From Cyanobacteria bacterium P01_D01_bin.156 (lineage in GTDB: Bacteria > Cyanobacteriota > Cyanobacteriia > Phormidesmidales > Phormidesmidaceae), in assembly GCA_039024555.1 (NCBI GenBank), contig JBCCQQ010000001.1:96001-160000 (forward strand): DNA of 64,000 bases, written 5' to 3'. Positions 20,501 to 31,200 of the stretch are shown here, in pieces (positions within the stretch are counted from its first letter, which is position 1; every line of letters begins with the position of its first letter). The notes under the pieces are model-generated. The model saw nothing but the letters and a program-made list of their open reading frames with translations, did no database searches and had not been told where the DNA came from. The position numbers and the translations under genes are program-made.

Positions 20501-23373
20501 ATTTAGGTGACATACCTCAAGATCCAACCAGCCCTTACTTTCACCTAGGCTTCAAACAGGCCAATCGAGCACAAACTGTTTTAACTGAAAACTGGCAACC
20601 TGGGACTAATGAGTTAATTGTCCGGGTTCGCAGTGAACAACCCCTACAAGGATTTGTAGGAGAAATATCAGCCGATGTTCTTTGTATACCTGATTTTGGG
20701 GATGCCCCCGATACTTATGGCACCGATGCTACCGACGATAGCGGCGAAGGGATTGGCCCTAACCACATTATTGTCGGCGGCATCCATTTGGGTACCATCG
20801 CTCCTGATGCTGAAGCCAATGCTGAGACTCCACTAGATGGCACAGGCGATGGCGCTGAGGATGATGGTGTCACTATGCCTGCCTCTATTCAGCCAGGAGA
20901 GACAATTTCTCTGCCCATCACTGTTACTGGCAGCGGTAATTTGACCGCGTGGATTGACTGGAATGGCGATGGCACGTTTGCAGCGGGAGAACAGATTGCC
21001 ACCGACGCAGTCGATGGGGGTACGGGCGATACGGACGGCAACATTGATGGCACCATCACCCTGAGCGTGACTGCACCAGCCGGAGCCACTGTTATCGGTA
21101 ATACGTATGCCCGATTTCGATACAGCTCCGACACAGGGCTGGGGGCAACAGGCGCTGCCAGTGATGGTGAAGTAGAGGATTATCCACTCACTATATCTTT
21201 GCAAGACATTCCTAAAATTCCAGACTTACCGCCAATAACACCGCCAACTCCAGAGATTCCTGACTCTATTTGCGCTCTACCGGGTTCAGATGGCACAGCT
21301 GCTTTGAGTGGTGTACTGAATACTTACTATCCTGGTGTTTCATCAGCGAGTGCTGGGGCAACAACACTTTCTTTAGGACCTATCCATACTGGAGGTAATA
21401 CAACTACCATTGAAAAAGGTGACAAACTGCTGATTATTCAAATGCAGGATGCCGACATTACTTCAACCAATGCTGACACTTACGGTAGTGGCACATCTGG
21501 CACTGCAGCCAGTGGCTCCACAGCACTGAATACCGCTGGATACTATCAGTATGTTGTTGCCGACAGTGCAGTGGGTGCTGCTGGCGGTACATTACAGCTG
21601 GCGGACCCCCTTGCTTTTACTTTTACCCATAGCGATTTCTCAGGTACCTCTGGTCAGCGACGCTTCCAGGTCATTCGCATGCCACAGTACTATGATGCAT
21701 CCATTACAGGTATAGTCACCGCAGCTCCTTGGAATGGTGCTTCCGGTGGTGTGGTGGGTTTGGATGTGGCCAAAACCTTAACGTTTGCTGGCGGTACTAT
21801 CGACGTCAGTGGTCAAGGGTTTCGTGGCGGCGGTGGTCTCAATGTGCTTGGCGATGGAGTGGCCCTACCTTACCCAGGGAACACCGACTACGTTAGTCTT
21901 GCAACCAATCCTTACCATGGCTCTAAGGGAGAAGGTATTGCCGGAACCCCCCGGTACATTCGTAATGATGTAACCACCACAGTCACAGATACCGGTATTG
22001 AAGGCTACCCCAACGGTAGCTTTGGTCGCGGTGCACCCGGTAACGCAGGCGGTGGTAGCACGGACCCGAAATCGTCGGCCAACGCTGCCAATACTGGCGG
22101 CGGCGGCGGTGCCAACGGTGGCTACGGTGGCCATGGGGGCGATTCATGGATTGATACCCATGGCCGCCAACCCATGGGTGGCTTTGGTGGACAGGCATTC
22201 CCTAGCAGTTCTAGCCGGGTAATTATGGGCGGCGGTGGCGGCGCAGGCACTGCTAACAATTCGGCTGGAGGCGTTACTCCATCTGGTGGGGGCGGTGGGG
22301 GCATTGTCATCCTCCGCGCTGGCGAAATTGCAGGTTCTGGAACTATTGAAGCGAACGGCATCCAAGGGGTGGAGCCCACAGGAACTGACGGCGGCGGCGG
22401 TGGCGGTGCTGGCGGTAGTGTAGTGATGCTTTCTGTCGATCCGTCTAGTGCAACAGTGACCATCAATGCTCGAGGGGGCAGAGGTCTTGATTCTGGCTTC
22501 CGTGAACACGGCCCCGGCGGCGGCGGTGGCGGCGGCTATGTCGCCTATGATGGCATTACGCCTACGGTAGATATTGCTGGGGGTGAACCCGGTAATGACC
22601 AAGCCTCTGCTAGTACCAGCGCCGGGGCTGACCCGGCAGCGGACCCCTATGGCGCTACGGCGGGTGGTAGTGGGCTGGCACAGTCCACTACCATCCCTGA
22701 CCAGGGGGTAGAACCTGGTGGAGAATGTCTAGAGCCACAAGTTCTCTTAGTTAAGCGGATCACCGCTATCAATGGTGCTGTCAGTACCAATAATGGTGAC
22801 GATTTGGCGGCTTACATGGATGAAACATCCAATCCATATGATGACAACACTCTGACTACACCAGTTCCAACTCCCCCAGATACAGATCAGTGGCCTAATC
22901 CGAATATGAGTCTAGTCGGGGGTATCCATGGGGGAAATGTTGCATTTGATGATGAGATTGAATACACCATTTATTTTCTCTCTTCTGGAAATACGACTGC
23001 CGAGAATGTTCTCTTCTGTGACTACGTACCTGAGTTTACGAGCTTTCTCCCCAATGCCTACGCTGGCAACAGCGCCAATCCAGACGGTATCGGCATTGAT
23101 CTCAGCGTAGAACTCTTTCGCAACGGGACTACTGATTATCACACCGGAGCTAACGATGGCGACAGCGCCACCTACTTTGCCCCAGGAGTGGACCCGGCAG
23201 CCACTTTCCCCGGCATCGACTGTGAAGGCGATGAAGATAACGACCCGCTGACACCCACCACAAATACCAATAACAATGGCGCTCTAGTAGTGAATCTAGG
23301 AGATTTACCCGACGCTACATCCGACAGTACTGGAGCCTACGGCTATGTACGATTTAGAACACGGGTCAAGTAA
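17518..23373 (+). CDS. Giant mosaic surface protein/adhesin (SdrD-B-like, 2x GEVED, Gly-rich domain, conserved C-terminal DUF11-like domain)
   Basis: Signal peptide (ANA|GP); NISGSLYED..GDYSFTNIPEGTY; two DxGDAP...GEVEDY repeats; GGGGG-rich region; ends AYGYVRFRTRVK. Confidence 0.85.
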   Translation: MIMKWSRQQLNHDNAGIKLLTNSLRLGLGAMTSAASLWLAYGAVSSQSANAGPLTSITTTTPPATNSFIYTAGGQEHRFGQGNDVILQSVTDASGTYSPDTVADQVIVRRVDNANVSGEKCGIFAAQSGSNVRHYGPTYPHFSPQDANGNCSYEAILSGFNIGLGALDLFSNTPSGGDNEYNNVERIDFIFNDGIHAPFNSSLLNQAGHIVTEKSANNAYMIAAVTAVDGAGNPTAYATPVWVAGYEDTYTPAGLTVVRMAQVGSATQNGFLTSDSNSAPHGAPSRKGGQAEKFGGAFVTLQDMGLAAGQKYYGFSFIPADVESAIGTSSADLLDYTSFPTTTSRHASGYEPGDGDMFGGTAGYFIAYSSNNISGSLYEDDSPQNNSFDSGSESKLGNNIEVILYGDVNGNNTYDAGSDTIIDTTDTTNGDYSFTNIPEGTYGIYVNTADGDIASNLSLGTPNNLSVTLNGSDITNQNFGFDSTVVGGICANPISGPFNSSNYALNTPLQGSLPLSFYGGGMLFDANLSGIATWKDGVQIRNDSTVGQQIFLQPENASDYLNTNNEAIYTFTFPNPVTDLTLQGAGLNNEDGTTILPSYQGVPIPTTSANFSGLNPVPGMRLEDADGNGESDTVVGSSTAGGVSVTTNIYTFTIPGPVDTLTIVSGKDDVNRNSTVTIGLHSFGFCGDGVLDYGDAPDSYGTNATDDGGEGIGPSHAIVSGIHLGTAPDAESDAETPLDGSGDGAEDNGITLPTLTEGDTSYSIPAANINATGSGTLHAWIDFNKSGTFEPGEHKSVEVISGTPSGALIWSGITAGAAGDTYARFRFTSDTSITLNTPGGAAGDGEVEDYQVAISTSVLPTFSCSTNANLFNTGYSGSGKAATGTRDLNWDVGYISAATGSPDIVAAPSSITNWVDAYVTGRVTTAWDPSVFGQAEWISHVNDTDHTGQKVDVFYRYQFNIDPAVTLDSFAVHMDWMADNSIWEIYVNGTPQSGNLGDIPQDPTSPYFHLGFKQANRAQTVLTENWQPGTNELIVRVRSEQPLQGFVGEISADVLCIPDFGDAPDTYGTDATDDSGEGIGPNHIIVGGIHLGTIAPDAEANAETPLDGTGDGAEDDGVTMPASIQPGETISLPITVTGSGNLTAWIDWNGDGTFAAGEQIATDAVDGGTGDTDGNIDGTITLSVTAPAGATVIGNTYARFRYSSDTGLGATGAASDGEVEDYPLTISLQDIPKIPDLPPITPPTPEIPDSICALPGSDGTAALSGVLNTYYPGVSSASAGATTLSLGPIHTGGNTTTIEKGDKLLIIQMQDADITSTNADTYGSGTSGTAASGSTALNTAGYYQYVVADSAVGAAGGTLQLADPLAFTFTHSDFSGTSGQRRFQVIRMPQYYDASITGIVTAAPWNGASGGVVGLDVAKTLTFAGGTIDVSGQGFRGGGGLNVLGDGVALPYPGNTDYVSLATNPYHGSKGEGIAGTPRYIRNDVTTTVTDTGIEGYPNGSFGRGAPGNAGGGSTDPKSSANAANTGGGGGANGGYGGHGGDSWIDTHGRQPMGGFGGQAFPSSSSRVIMGGGGGAGTANNSAGGVTPSGGGGGGIVILRAGEIAGSGTIEANGIQGVEPTGTDGGGGGGAGGSVVMLSVDPSSATVTINARGGRGLDSGFREHGPGGGGGGGYVAYDGITPTVDIAGGEPGNDQASASTSAGADPAADPYGATAGGSGLAQSTTIPDQGVEPGGECLEPQVLLVKRITAINGAVSTNNGDDLAAYMDETSNPYDDNTLTTPVPTPPDTDQWPNPNMSLVGGIHGGNVAFDDEIEYTIYFLSSGNTTAENVLFCDYVPEFTSFLPNAYAGNSANPDGIGIDLSVELFRNGTTDYHTGANDGDSATYFAPGVDPAATFPGIDCEGDEDNDPLTPTTNTNNNGALVVNLGDLPDATSDSTGAYGYVRFRTRVK

Positions 23374-23474
23374 CTAGCCAGCAAAACATCAAGAGAATCT
23401 ATACCCTTGCACCAATTCTAAAGATAAAAACAAACAAGCATATTCCGTAGGAGCGCGTAGTAGATCAACATAAC

Positions 23475-26400
23475 TTGATGTGCATGTTAAGCATGTTCTG
23501 CCATGCCATAGATTCACAATTGCTATCGCACATGCATCATTATGTTCACAATACTACGCTAAGCCAGAGGCCTAATACTTGCTTGTATTTTCTGGGTCAG
23601 CATAGAACCGGTATCTATCGCTGTTTTCTAAATTTAGGGCTCATCAGCCTCATGGGAATTATAGCTGTGCCCAAGGCAACAGCAGCAGTAACCACGTTTG
23701 ACATTGATGTGCGCAAGGATGGTACAGCGCCTTTTGCAGGGACTGATCCGACCTATCCTGGTACTAGCAATGCAGGAAATGATGCTAATGATAGTAATGG
23801 TATTATCCGTACCTATGACATAGCTACCTATCGGGTCCGATATGCTACAGATACTCAGCCCAATGGCAGTACAACCATTACGGCTACTATTGCTGATAAT
23901 TATCATCTTTGGGAGGAAAACCAGGCTGGGTGTCTTGGCAATGTGTCGATTAGTAGCGATCGCAAAACTCTTACCTGTACAGAATCCCTACCCACATCAA
24001 CCACCGGTTTCTTTGATTTTACAGCTGTTGTTCTAGGAACAGCCCCCCACGGTGCAGATCTGATAGTTAACGCTACTTTAAGCTCCAGTGCCACTAATCT
24101 AGCTGCAGGCCCCACCAACATCAAAGTCTCTGCAACACCACAAATGGATCTTGCCAAAGATGATTCTGGCGCTCCACGTCAGGTGGGAATAATGGCCGGA
24201 CCTAGTGGTGAAGAGGGATTAGTATACGCATGGCCCCTTTCAATCGTCGCACCAAAAGGCAGCGAAGTCCTTGGAGATGCTGATTCCACAACCCCTGGCA
24301 ATCAAATTATCATTACCGATGTAGTCAGCGGAATCTCCCCCAATGCCCGTCTATATAACTGGGGAGGCCGCTCGGGCTGTGCGCCTAATACCAAAGACAG
24401 TAATATCGCTGGCGATTGGATTAGAGATATTCCGCTTGGCTCCCTAACAATTGCTGGAGCAGGTCAAGAAGCTAATGCTGTGGCAGACTCTGGAACCTGG
24501 AACTGTAGCCAAAGCAGCGCTGGCACGGATATTACCATCACCATTACGGATGCTGATCTCACAGCAAGCCATCGTCCAACCCTTGATGCCTCTGGAGATA
24601 CCCTAAACGTTACCGACACCCATCTAGTAGCCGGGGTCGTAGAAATCTGGATACCCATGAGTGACTTCCCATCAGGGCAGAACCAATTGACAGTCACCAA
24701 TTACTACGACTTTCTAGACACTCCCAGCATTACTAACCAGACGAACACAGAGCCAGACCGAGGAAATAATAGCGTTGTTCCTATCAGCAATAGTGATGCT
24801 GTTAATAATGACCGCACCTTTACCCTACAGCGTCCACTCTCAGGACGCTCCCAGGATAAATACTATCGAACACCTTACAGCGGTGGCAATTTTAGTAACA
24901 ACAGAGTTCTTTCTCCCATGACGGATATTGAATCCGGCGATGGTGTTGTCATTCCAGGTCAGGTTTTTGGTAGTTATTTCACCATTAACAATAATGGCGT
25001 TGGGGAGCTGACCAATGTGTTTTTGTGCGACAAGTTTGACAATCGCACCCAAATTTTGGCCCCTAATCCGACTAGTGGCGAGTATGTCGAGTTGCGAACC
25101 AATGGCGATCGTCTAAAAGCATCAGATGTCACCATTGAATATGGTGTTGGCGGAGATAATGCAACAGATAATTACTACGGTAGTGAAACAGCCGCCATTG
25201 ATGATGTTAGTCGCTTTGATGCTCAGCGCAATGCCACCTGTGGGGATAGTGATGCCACCTGGTATAGCGAAACTGATTTGGCAAACGATCCGAGTTTAAT
25301 TCCGAATGTGACTCGGGTAAGAATTCGCCCCACTGCTACGAATGGGGTTCTGCCAGAAGGCTTCCGCATTGATGCGGTGCTGCATCTGCAGGCGCTTAAC
25401 GTTGATCCGGTTACTGGAGCACAGATTCCTGACCCAACGATTCTGGCTAATTTTGTGACGTCCCGCACCGATGAAGTTAACAGCGGCAACTGGGCAGTGG
25501 GGTCCTACAACCCTGTGGACCATAGTGGAAATGATGATGGCGATCGTCTACAGCTAACCCGTGCGATCGCTCGCATTGATAAAAGTACCGATGATCCTAG
25601 TAATGCGACCGAGGCAGATGACTCTCTCAGCACCGTTAGAGCCACTGAAAACATTACCTTTGCCCTTGAGTCTACCTTGACCGCCTTAACCAGCGAAGTC
25701 TCTCAGGCACAAATTATAGTCACTGACACCTTACCTGTAGAACTTAGCTATGTCACGGGCTCAGCCAATATTACTCCAGATAGTATTATTGCAAATGGCG
25801 ATGGCACCACTACTCTAAATTGGGACTTAGGCAATTACCCGATCAGTACACCAATTCCTACCATTACTTTTCAGGCCAAAGCTGGTTTTGATGTGGCAGG
25901 CGGGACAGATGCCTTAAACCAAGCATCTATTGCAGCCTTAGATACTAACGGATTAGATCTTGACACCTCCCCTTTAGCATCTCGCACGGATGTTCGGTCG
26001 ATCACTATCATTAACAATGCTGCTTTTACCATCTTCAAAGAAGCCGTTACTCCTGAGATCGATCCGGGAGATGACATTATCTATAATCTTTACCTCGCTA
26101 ACCTAAGTGAGGACACAAATGTAGCAGCAGGGTCCAGATTTATCGATATTCTCCCCTATGAAGGAGATGGAGCCATTCGAGACTCTTTTGATGGGTTAGG
26201 AACTCCTCCCACAGATTACACAGTTGCCCCAGTCTTTCAAGATATTCAGGATATTAATAATGTTGGTTTTACCTTTGAGTACACCAACGATACTCCTAGC
26301 GATATCAGTGATAATCCAGCCACTCAAAATAGCAGCACGATTTGGTGTACCCCATCTGAAATCACCAATAGCACACCAGGCTGTCCAACCACAGACTATT

Positions 26401-28100
26401 CAGATGTCACAGCTGTTTCAATTATTACACCAGCTATCAATGCAGGCGATCCAACGCACCAACTCCGTCTTACCATGACCTCTACCGGTAGCTTAGGCAA
26501 CGACATTTATACCAACAACTTTAAGGGCACCCCTGACCATCCAAGTCTAGGATTTATTCCCTCTGTTGATGCCACTGTGAGAACTCGTGCAGGCACTCCC
26601 AATCCCAGCTGTGCCCTCGGTACTGGCAATGCTGACCTTAGTATTACCCCTAATATCAGCGATGAGGTCAGGGGCAACAATACCACGACCCGAACAATTG
26701 TTGATACTCTGGACGACAGCTGGCGAACACAGGTGGGGCTACCTCAGGCAGGTACTGTTATCCCCTGGTTTGCGGCAGCACAGTCCCTTAGCAACAACGA
26801 ACCAAATTTATTTACCTACACTCTGGATGATCAAGATATCTCTGTTGGAGTAGCCCTAGTCAATATAGACGATGACAATAACTGTACAGGATCAGTCCAC
26901 ACTGGTGCAGCAGCTGAACTCAATGACAGTGACACACTGCAAGATAATGCGCCTCGACCCGCCAGCCTATATGACGACACCGTGGGAGCTGCCAATGGTC
27001 ACCCAGCTATGTGGAATGAGAATGTAGGTGCTACCGACAGCCCCAATGGTGTAATGTTTACCTTTGCCCAACCTGTGCGGGCATTCGGAGCGTGGTTTGG
27101 CGATGTGGAAACTCGCACGGATGGTAATGGAGCAGCAGCTTATTTACGTTTGCTAGATGTCAATGGCGATCGCATCGGAGCCGATATCGCTATTCAGCCC
27201 ACAAATCTCATTGAAAGTGGTGGCACTACCGCCATTAATCAAACGAACTGTGGTGGTACAGCCACCGATATCGGCTGCGGTAATCGCTCTACGCGATGGA
27301 TTAGTTTCGTCGATACAGTTGCTACGCCTAGGGTGAAACAGGCAGTACTGATTGTCGGCGATGACGATGAGGGAGGAGATGCTGGAACTGAGCATATCAG
27401 TTTTATCGGTGCCAATGTGTTAACAGCTTCCAACCCCAATGTGTTGCTTGTAAAACGAATTACCGCCATCAACGGTGAAACAACAACCAGTCAAGGCATA
27501 AATCTGGCTACCCATAATCCCACCGATTATCCCTATGACGATAACGATATTCCCTCGGTTAGCGATCCAAACCATCCTGATTACGATCCAGCCGATCCAG
27601 CTTTTGACCCCCATGAAACCAATCAATGGCCAACACCCTTAAATGCTTCGCTAGCAGGTGGTACTGATGGAGGAAATGTCTTACCCAATGATGAAATTGA
27701 GTACACTATCTATTTCCTCTCATCTGGGGACACTACGGCAGAGAATGTTCTCTTCTGCGACTATGTGCCTGCATTTACTCAATTTATTCCCAACGCCTAC
27801 AACAGCGATACTCCACAAGCCTTAGGAGGCATTGGCGGTGCCGATCTGAGTATCGAGCTCTATAGAAACAACACTACTGATTTTCACACCGGAGCAAACG
27901 ATGGTGACAGTGCCACTTACTTTGGCCCTGGCATCGATCCTGCCAGTAATTTTCCAGGCATTGACTGTGATGGTGATGGCAATGGCAGCAATAACAATAC
28001 CAACGGGGCCATTATTGTCAATTTAGGTAATCTTCCCAATGCAGCCACCAACGCCGCTGAAGCCTATGGCTACGTGAGATTCAGAACACGGGTCAAATAA
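23475..28100 (+). CDS. Large DUF11-repeat surface protein/adhesin with conserved C-terminal domain
   Basis: Signal-like stretch ending KATA; several DUF11 units (IDKST..VTDTLP..ALNQASI; IFKEA..FIDILP..YTNNF); ends AYGYVRFRTRVK. Start uncertain. Confidence 0.85.
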   Translation: MMCMLSMFCHAIDSQLLSHMHHYVHNTTLSQRPNTCLYFLGQHRTGIYRCFLNLGLISLMGIIAVPKATAAVTTFDIDVRKDGTAPFAGTDPTYPGTSNAGNDANDSNGIIRTYDIATYRVRYATDTQPNGSTTITATIADNYHLWEENQAGCLGNVSISSDRKTLTCTESLPTSTTGFFDFTAVVLGTAPHGADLIVNATLSSSATNLAAGPTNIKVSATPQMDLAKDDSGAPRQVGIMAGPSGEEGLVYAWPLSIVAPKGSEVLGDADSTTPGNQIIITDVVSGISPNARLYNWGGRSGCAPNTKDSNIAGDWIRDIPLGSLTIAGAGQEANAVADSGTWNCSQSSAGTDITITITDADLTASHRPTLDASGDTLNVTDTHLVAGVVEIWIPMSDFPSGQNQLTVTNYYDFLDTPSITNQTNTEPDRGNNSVVPISNSDAVNNDRTFTLQRPLSGRSQDKYYRTPYSGGNFSNNRVLSPMTDIESGDGVVIPGQVFGSYFTINNNGVGELTNVFLCDKFDNRTQILAPNPTSGEYVELRTNGDRLKASDVTIEYGVGGDNATDNYYGSETAAIDDVSRFDAQRNATCGDSDATWYSETDLANDPSLIPNVTRVRIRPTATNGVLPEGFRIDAVLHLQALNVDPVTGAQIPDPTILANFVTSRTDEVNSGNWAVGSYNPVDHSGNDDGDRLQLTRAIARIDKSTDDPSNATEADDSLSTVRATENITFALESTLTALTSEVSQAQIIVTDTLPVELSYVTGSANITPDSIIANGDGTTTLNWDLGNYPISTPIPTITFQAKAGFDVAGGTDALNQASIAALDTNGLDLDTSPLASRTDVRSITIINNAAFTIFKEAVTPEIDPGDDIIYNLYLANLSEDTNVAAGSRFIDILPYEGDGAIRDSFDGLGTPPTDYTVAPVFQDIQDINNVGFTFEYTNDTPSDISDNPATQNSSTIWCTPSEITNSTPGCPTTDYSDVTAVSIITPAINAGDPTHQLRLTMTSTGSLGNDIYTNNFKGTPDHPSLGFIPSVDATVRTRAGTPNPSCALGTGNADLSITPNISDEVRGNNTTTRTIVDTLDDSWRTQVGLPQAGTVIPWFAAAQSLSNNEPNLFTYTLDDQDISVGVALVNIDDDNNCTGSVHTGAAAELNDSDTLQDNAPRPASLYDDTVGAANGHPAMWNENVGATDSPNGVMFTFAQPVRAFGAWFGDVETRTDGNGAAAYLRLLDVNGDRIGADIAIQPTNLIESGGTTAINQTNCGGTATDIGCGNRSTRWISFVDTVATPRVKQAVLIVGDDDEGGDAGTEHISFIGANVLTASNPNVLLVKRITAINGETTTSQGINLATHNPTDYPYDDNDIPSVSDPNHPDYDPADPAFDPHETNQWPTPLNASLAGGTDGGNVLPNDEIEYTIYFLSSGDTTAENVLFCDYVPAFTQFIPNAYNSDTPQALGGIGGADLSIELYRNNTTDFHTGANDGDSATYFGPGIDPASNFPGIDCDGDGNGSNNNTNGAIIVNLGNLPNAATNAAEAYGYVRFRTRVK

Positions 28101-28234
28101 TCATGTTTAGATCTTAGAGGCAACATCTTGCTTATGGTTCATACTAAATCTTGAAAAAATGTTGAAGTAACATGTGAGCTCAGGTTTTCAAACTTGCACC
28201 TTGGATGACTAACTCCTTCCTGGCTCTTATCAGC

Positions 28235-31200
28235 TTAATTGACTTTAGCTCTAAACCGGATATAGCCATAGGCTGCACTTGTGGTTCCACCTGGGCCTAC
28301 ATGGGATACATCACCCACATCTACAACAACAGCGCCATTGTCATTAACGGCAGAACAAGTGACAGATGGAGCTTCTCCTGGATTATAGAAAGTTCCTGAA
28401 TCCCCGTCGTTGGCACTCGTGAAAAATATTGACCCTAACGCTGTTGATAATTCAATGCCCAGGTCAGTAGTGCCAATACCATCAATCGAACCAGTATTAG
28501 CATTAAAAGAGTTATTAACAAATGTGGTGTATTGAGGGACCAGATCACAGAAACCTATACCCCTAACATCAGTGCCGCCATTGGATAGGTAATAAATGGT
28601 GTACTCCAGCGTATCCCCTGAGACAATAGTGCCCCCATCGATTTCTCCTTTTAGGTAGTCATCAGGCCAATTATCATCGTTATCATTGACGTCGTTGGGG
28701 TCATCTACGATGTTTGTGAGCAACTCACCATTGATGGCCGTGATACGTTTGACTAGGACTAAATTGCTCGGCACTCGCACTGATACCGGTACGGCATTGG
28801 ATTCAAGTAACCCAAGCAAATCCTCAACTCGCCCACCCCACACGTTTGTATAAACATCACCAGACTGGTTCCCATCAGTATCCATGGTAATCACCAGGGT
28901 GCGGGTGGGAGTATTTTTGAGAAACGCAGGAGTCGCAATGCGGGTAGCTGTTACATCGGCTACTGTTGTGGGGCAGCCTGCTGTACCCAATTGAGGCAGC
29001 GTACACCACTGGGTTGCCCCCCCTGGCTGGTTAGTAGCATCCTCTGGATCAAAGCTAATACTAGCCGGAGTTGCATTGGTATAGCGAAAAGTCTCACCGT
29101 TAGTACCAGTGATACTGAAAAACTCCAAACTTCCAGAATAATTGGTAGCTGGTGTACGGCCATCTCCTATATATGGCAGGATGTCGATGAAGTCACCAGT
29201 ACCTACATCAACGGTGCCGGTGTTGGCATACTTTAGTTCATAGGTAAAACCTTCGTCCTGTTCAATTAGCTGATGCGGAACCTCTTTAACAATGCCAAAG
29301 GCAGCGGCATTACCAATAGTCACACCACGAACAGCAGTTCTAGCCGATTCGGGCGTAGCGTCATCTGGAGATTCAATGACGACTGTATTGAGAGCTTGGG
29401 TATTGTTTGGAACATCGAATTTAGCCTGAGCATCAAAGATAATCTCTGGCAGCGGTTGATTTGGCACACTGGGGCCGAAGTCCCATTGTAAAATGGTAGT
29501 GCCATCCGGATTGACAACAACAGTATCTGGAATAATATTGGCGGAGCCTGGAACATAGGTGAATTCGATGGGTAAAATATCCCGAACCAACACTTCTGGA
29601 TTAACTGGAGCTGGATCAACTATTGCTGTCACCGAAGGTTGCAAACGAAACCCAACGGTATCCCCTGCCACCATAGAGTTAACAGTGTCGTCTGGCATAG
29701 TCTCTTTAGTAACGCGGACGATGCCTCGACTTAAAAACAGACGATCGCCCCAGGCTTTACTACCAGTATGGTTGCTGGGGACATAGGTTCCGTGGTACCA
29801 ACCATTGCGCGCATTGGCGTTAGATACTGTCCACGGCAAGGTAGGTGTACTCACAGCCGAGAAGTTGGGCATCAGAGCACCCGTCGGAATTTTGGTGGTA
29901 GTGCCGGGATAAAAGTTGCGGGCAATGAAGTTTACAGCTAGGTCCATGGTAGAGCCTGCAGGAAAGTCTTCTAATGCAATAAATCGAATTTTGGTGATGA
30001 CATCCACACCACCGGGTACCGCCGTCATATCGGTATACCAGCCGTCAGCACTTTCTGCATCATTACAGGTGGCAGTACGCATGGCATCGTAGCTAGAGTA
30101 GGTGCCAGCATTGCCGTTTTCATCTCCGGTTCCATACTCAATTTTATAGTCATAGGCAGGACCACCGTTAAACACTCGCACAGCGGTCGTTGAGTCACCA
30201 GGGATGGGAGTAAGTTGGAGGGTGTTGCTATCGAACTTTTCGCAGTAGCGGTAATCTTCCCAATCTAAAATAGCATTGTTATGACCATAGAGACGTTTGG
30301 CAAAGTTTTGCCCCGGCATAACTACGCCATCGCCACTGTTGCGATTGGTCATCGGGAAAAGTATGCTCCCTCTAGCAGTAATGCTACGGGAGTAGTATTG
30401 ATTAAAGCTACCGCCTGCAGCAATTAGGGTGAAGGTACGGGTATTGTTATCGGGATCATTATTGGTGCTCGGAGTGGATGGATCGTTGTTAGTTTGACCG
30501 CTAACGCTTTGATTAGTGACTCGGGAGTACTGATTAGTAAGTTTGAGGTCACCACCATTGTCTAGAATTTCGGAGGTGGGAATCCATATTTCAATGGTCC
30601 CTGAAATCAGGTAAGACTCATTTGCCGGTAACGAGCCCCCACTACGGTGCTGTGAGGGTACATGGTTGCCAGTGGTGTCTGCGCCAGTGATGGTAATCGT
30701 AATGGGGTCGCCGGGATTAGCCTGACTACAGCTCCAGTCACCGGAATCGGCTACTGCACGTTCGGGGTTAGCACCTGCCACCGATAGATTACCGTGAGGT
30801 AAGAACCATTCTCCAATATTATTTTGACCTGGCTCTGAGTTCCAGGCACAGCCTCGGTGATTCCCCCCCCAGTCATACAGCCTGGCACCGGGTACCGGAG
30901 ATTCGGCTACACCATCCTTACCATTCGGGTCACTCAAGAAGTCACCAAATAACGTATCGGTGATGACGATATCGCCCACTAGGGGCTCACTTCCTTTGCC
31001 ATTTGGACCTGCCAGCATGGTCAGGGGATAGCGAACAACAACCCCGTCTGTACCATCGGGAGCCTGACGTACACCTAACTGTCGAGAAGAACGATTTTTA
31101 CGCAGGTCGGCTTGGGGGCTCGCAGAAACGATGGTTTCGACGACCGGGGCAGTGACTGAAGCCGATGTATCAGATGAAAACTCACCCGTTGCTGCAACGA

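Noticed and set aside
22735..28100. Repeated 3' ends of adhesin genes as DGR template/variable repeats
   Set aside because: No reverse transcriptase in the window. Differences are mostly synonymous third-position changes, not adenine-specific, and both copies are coding.
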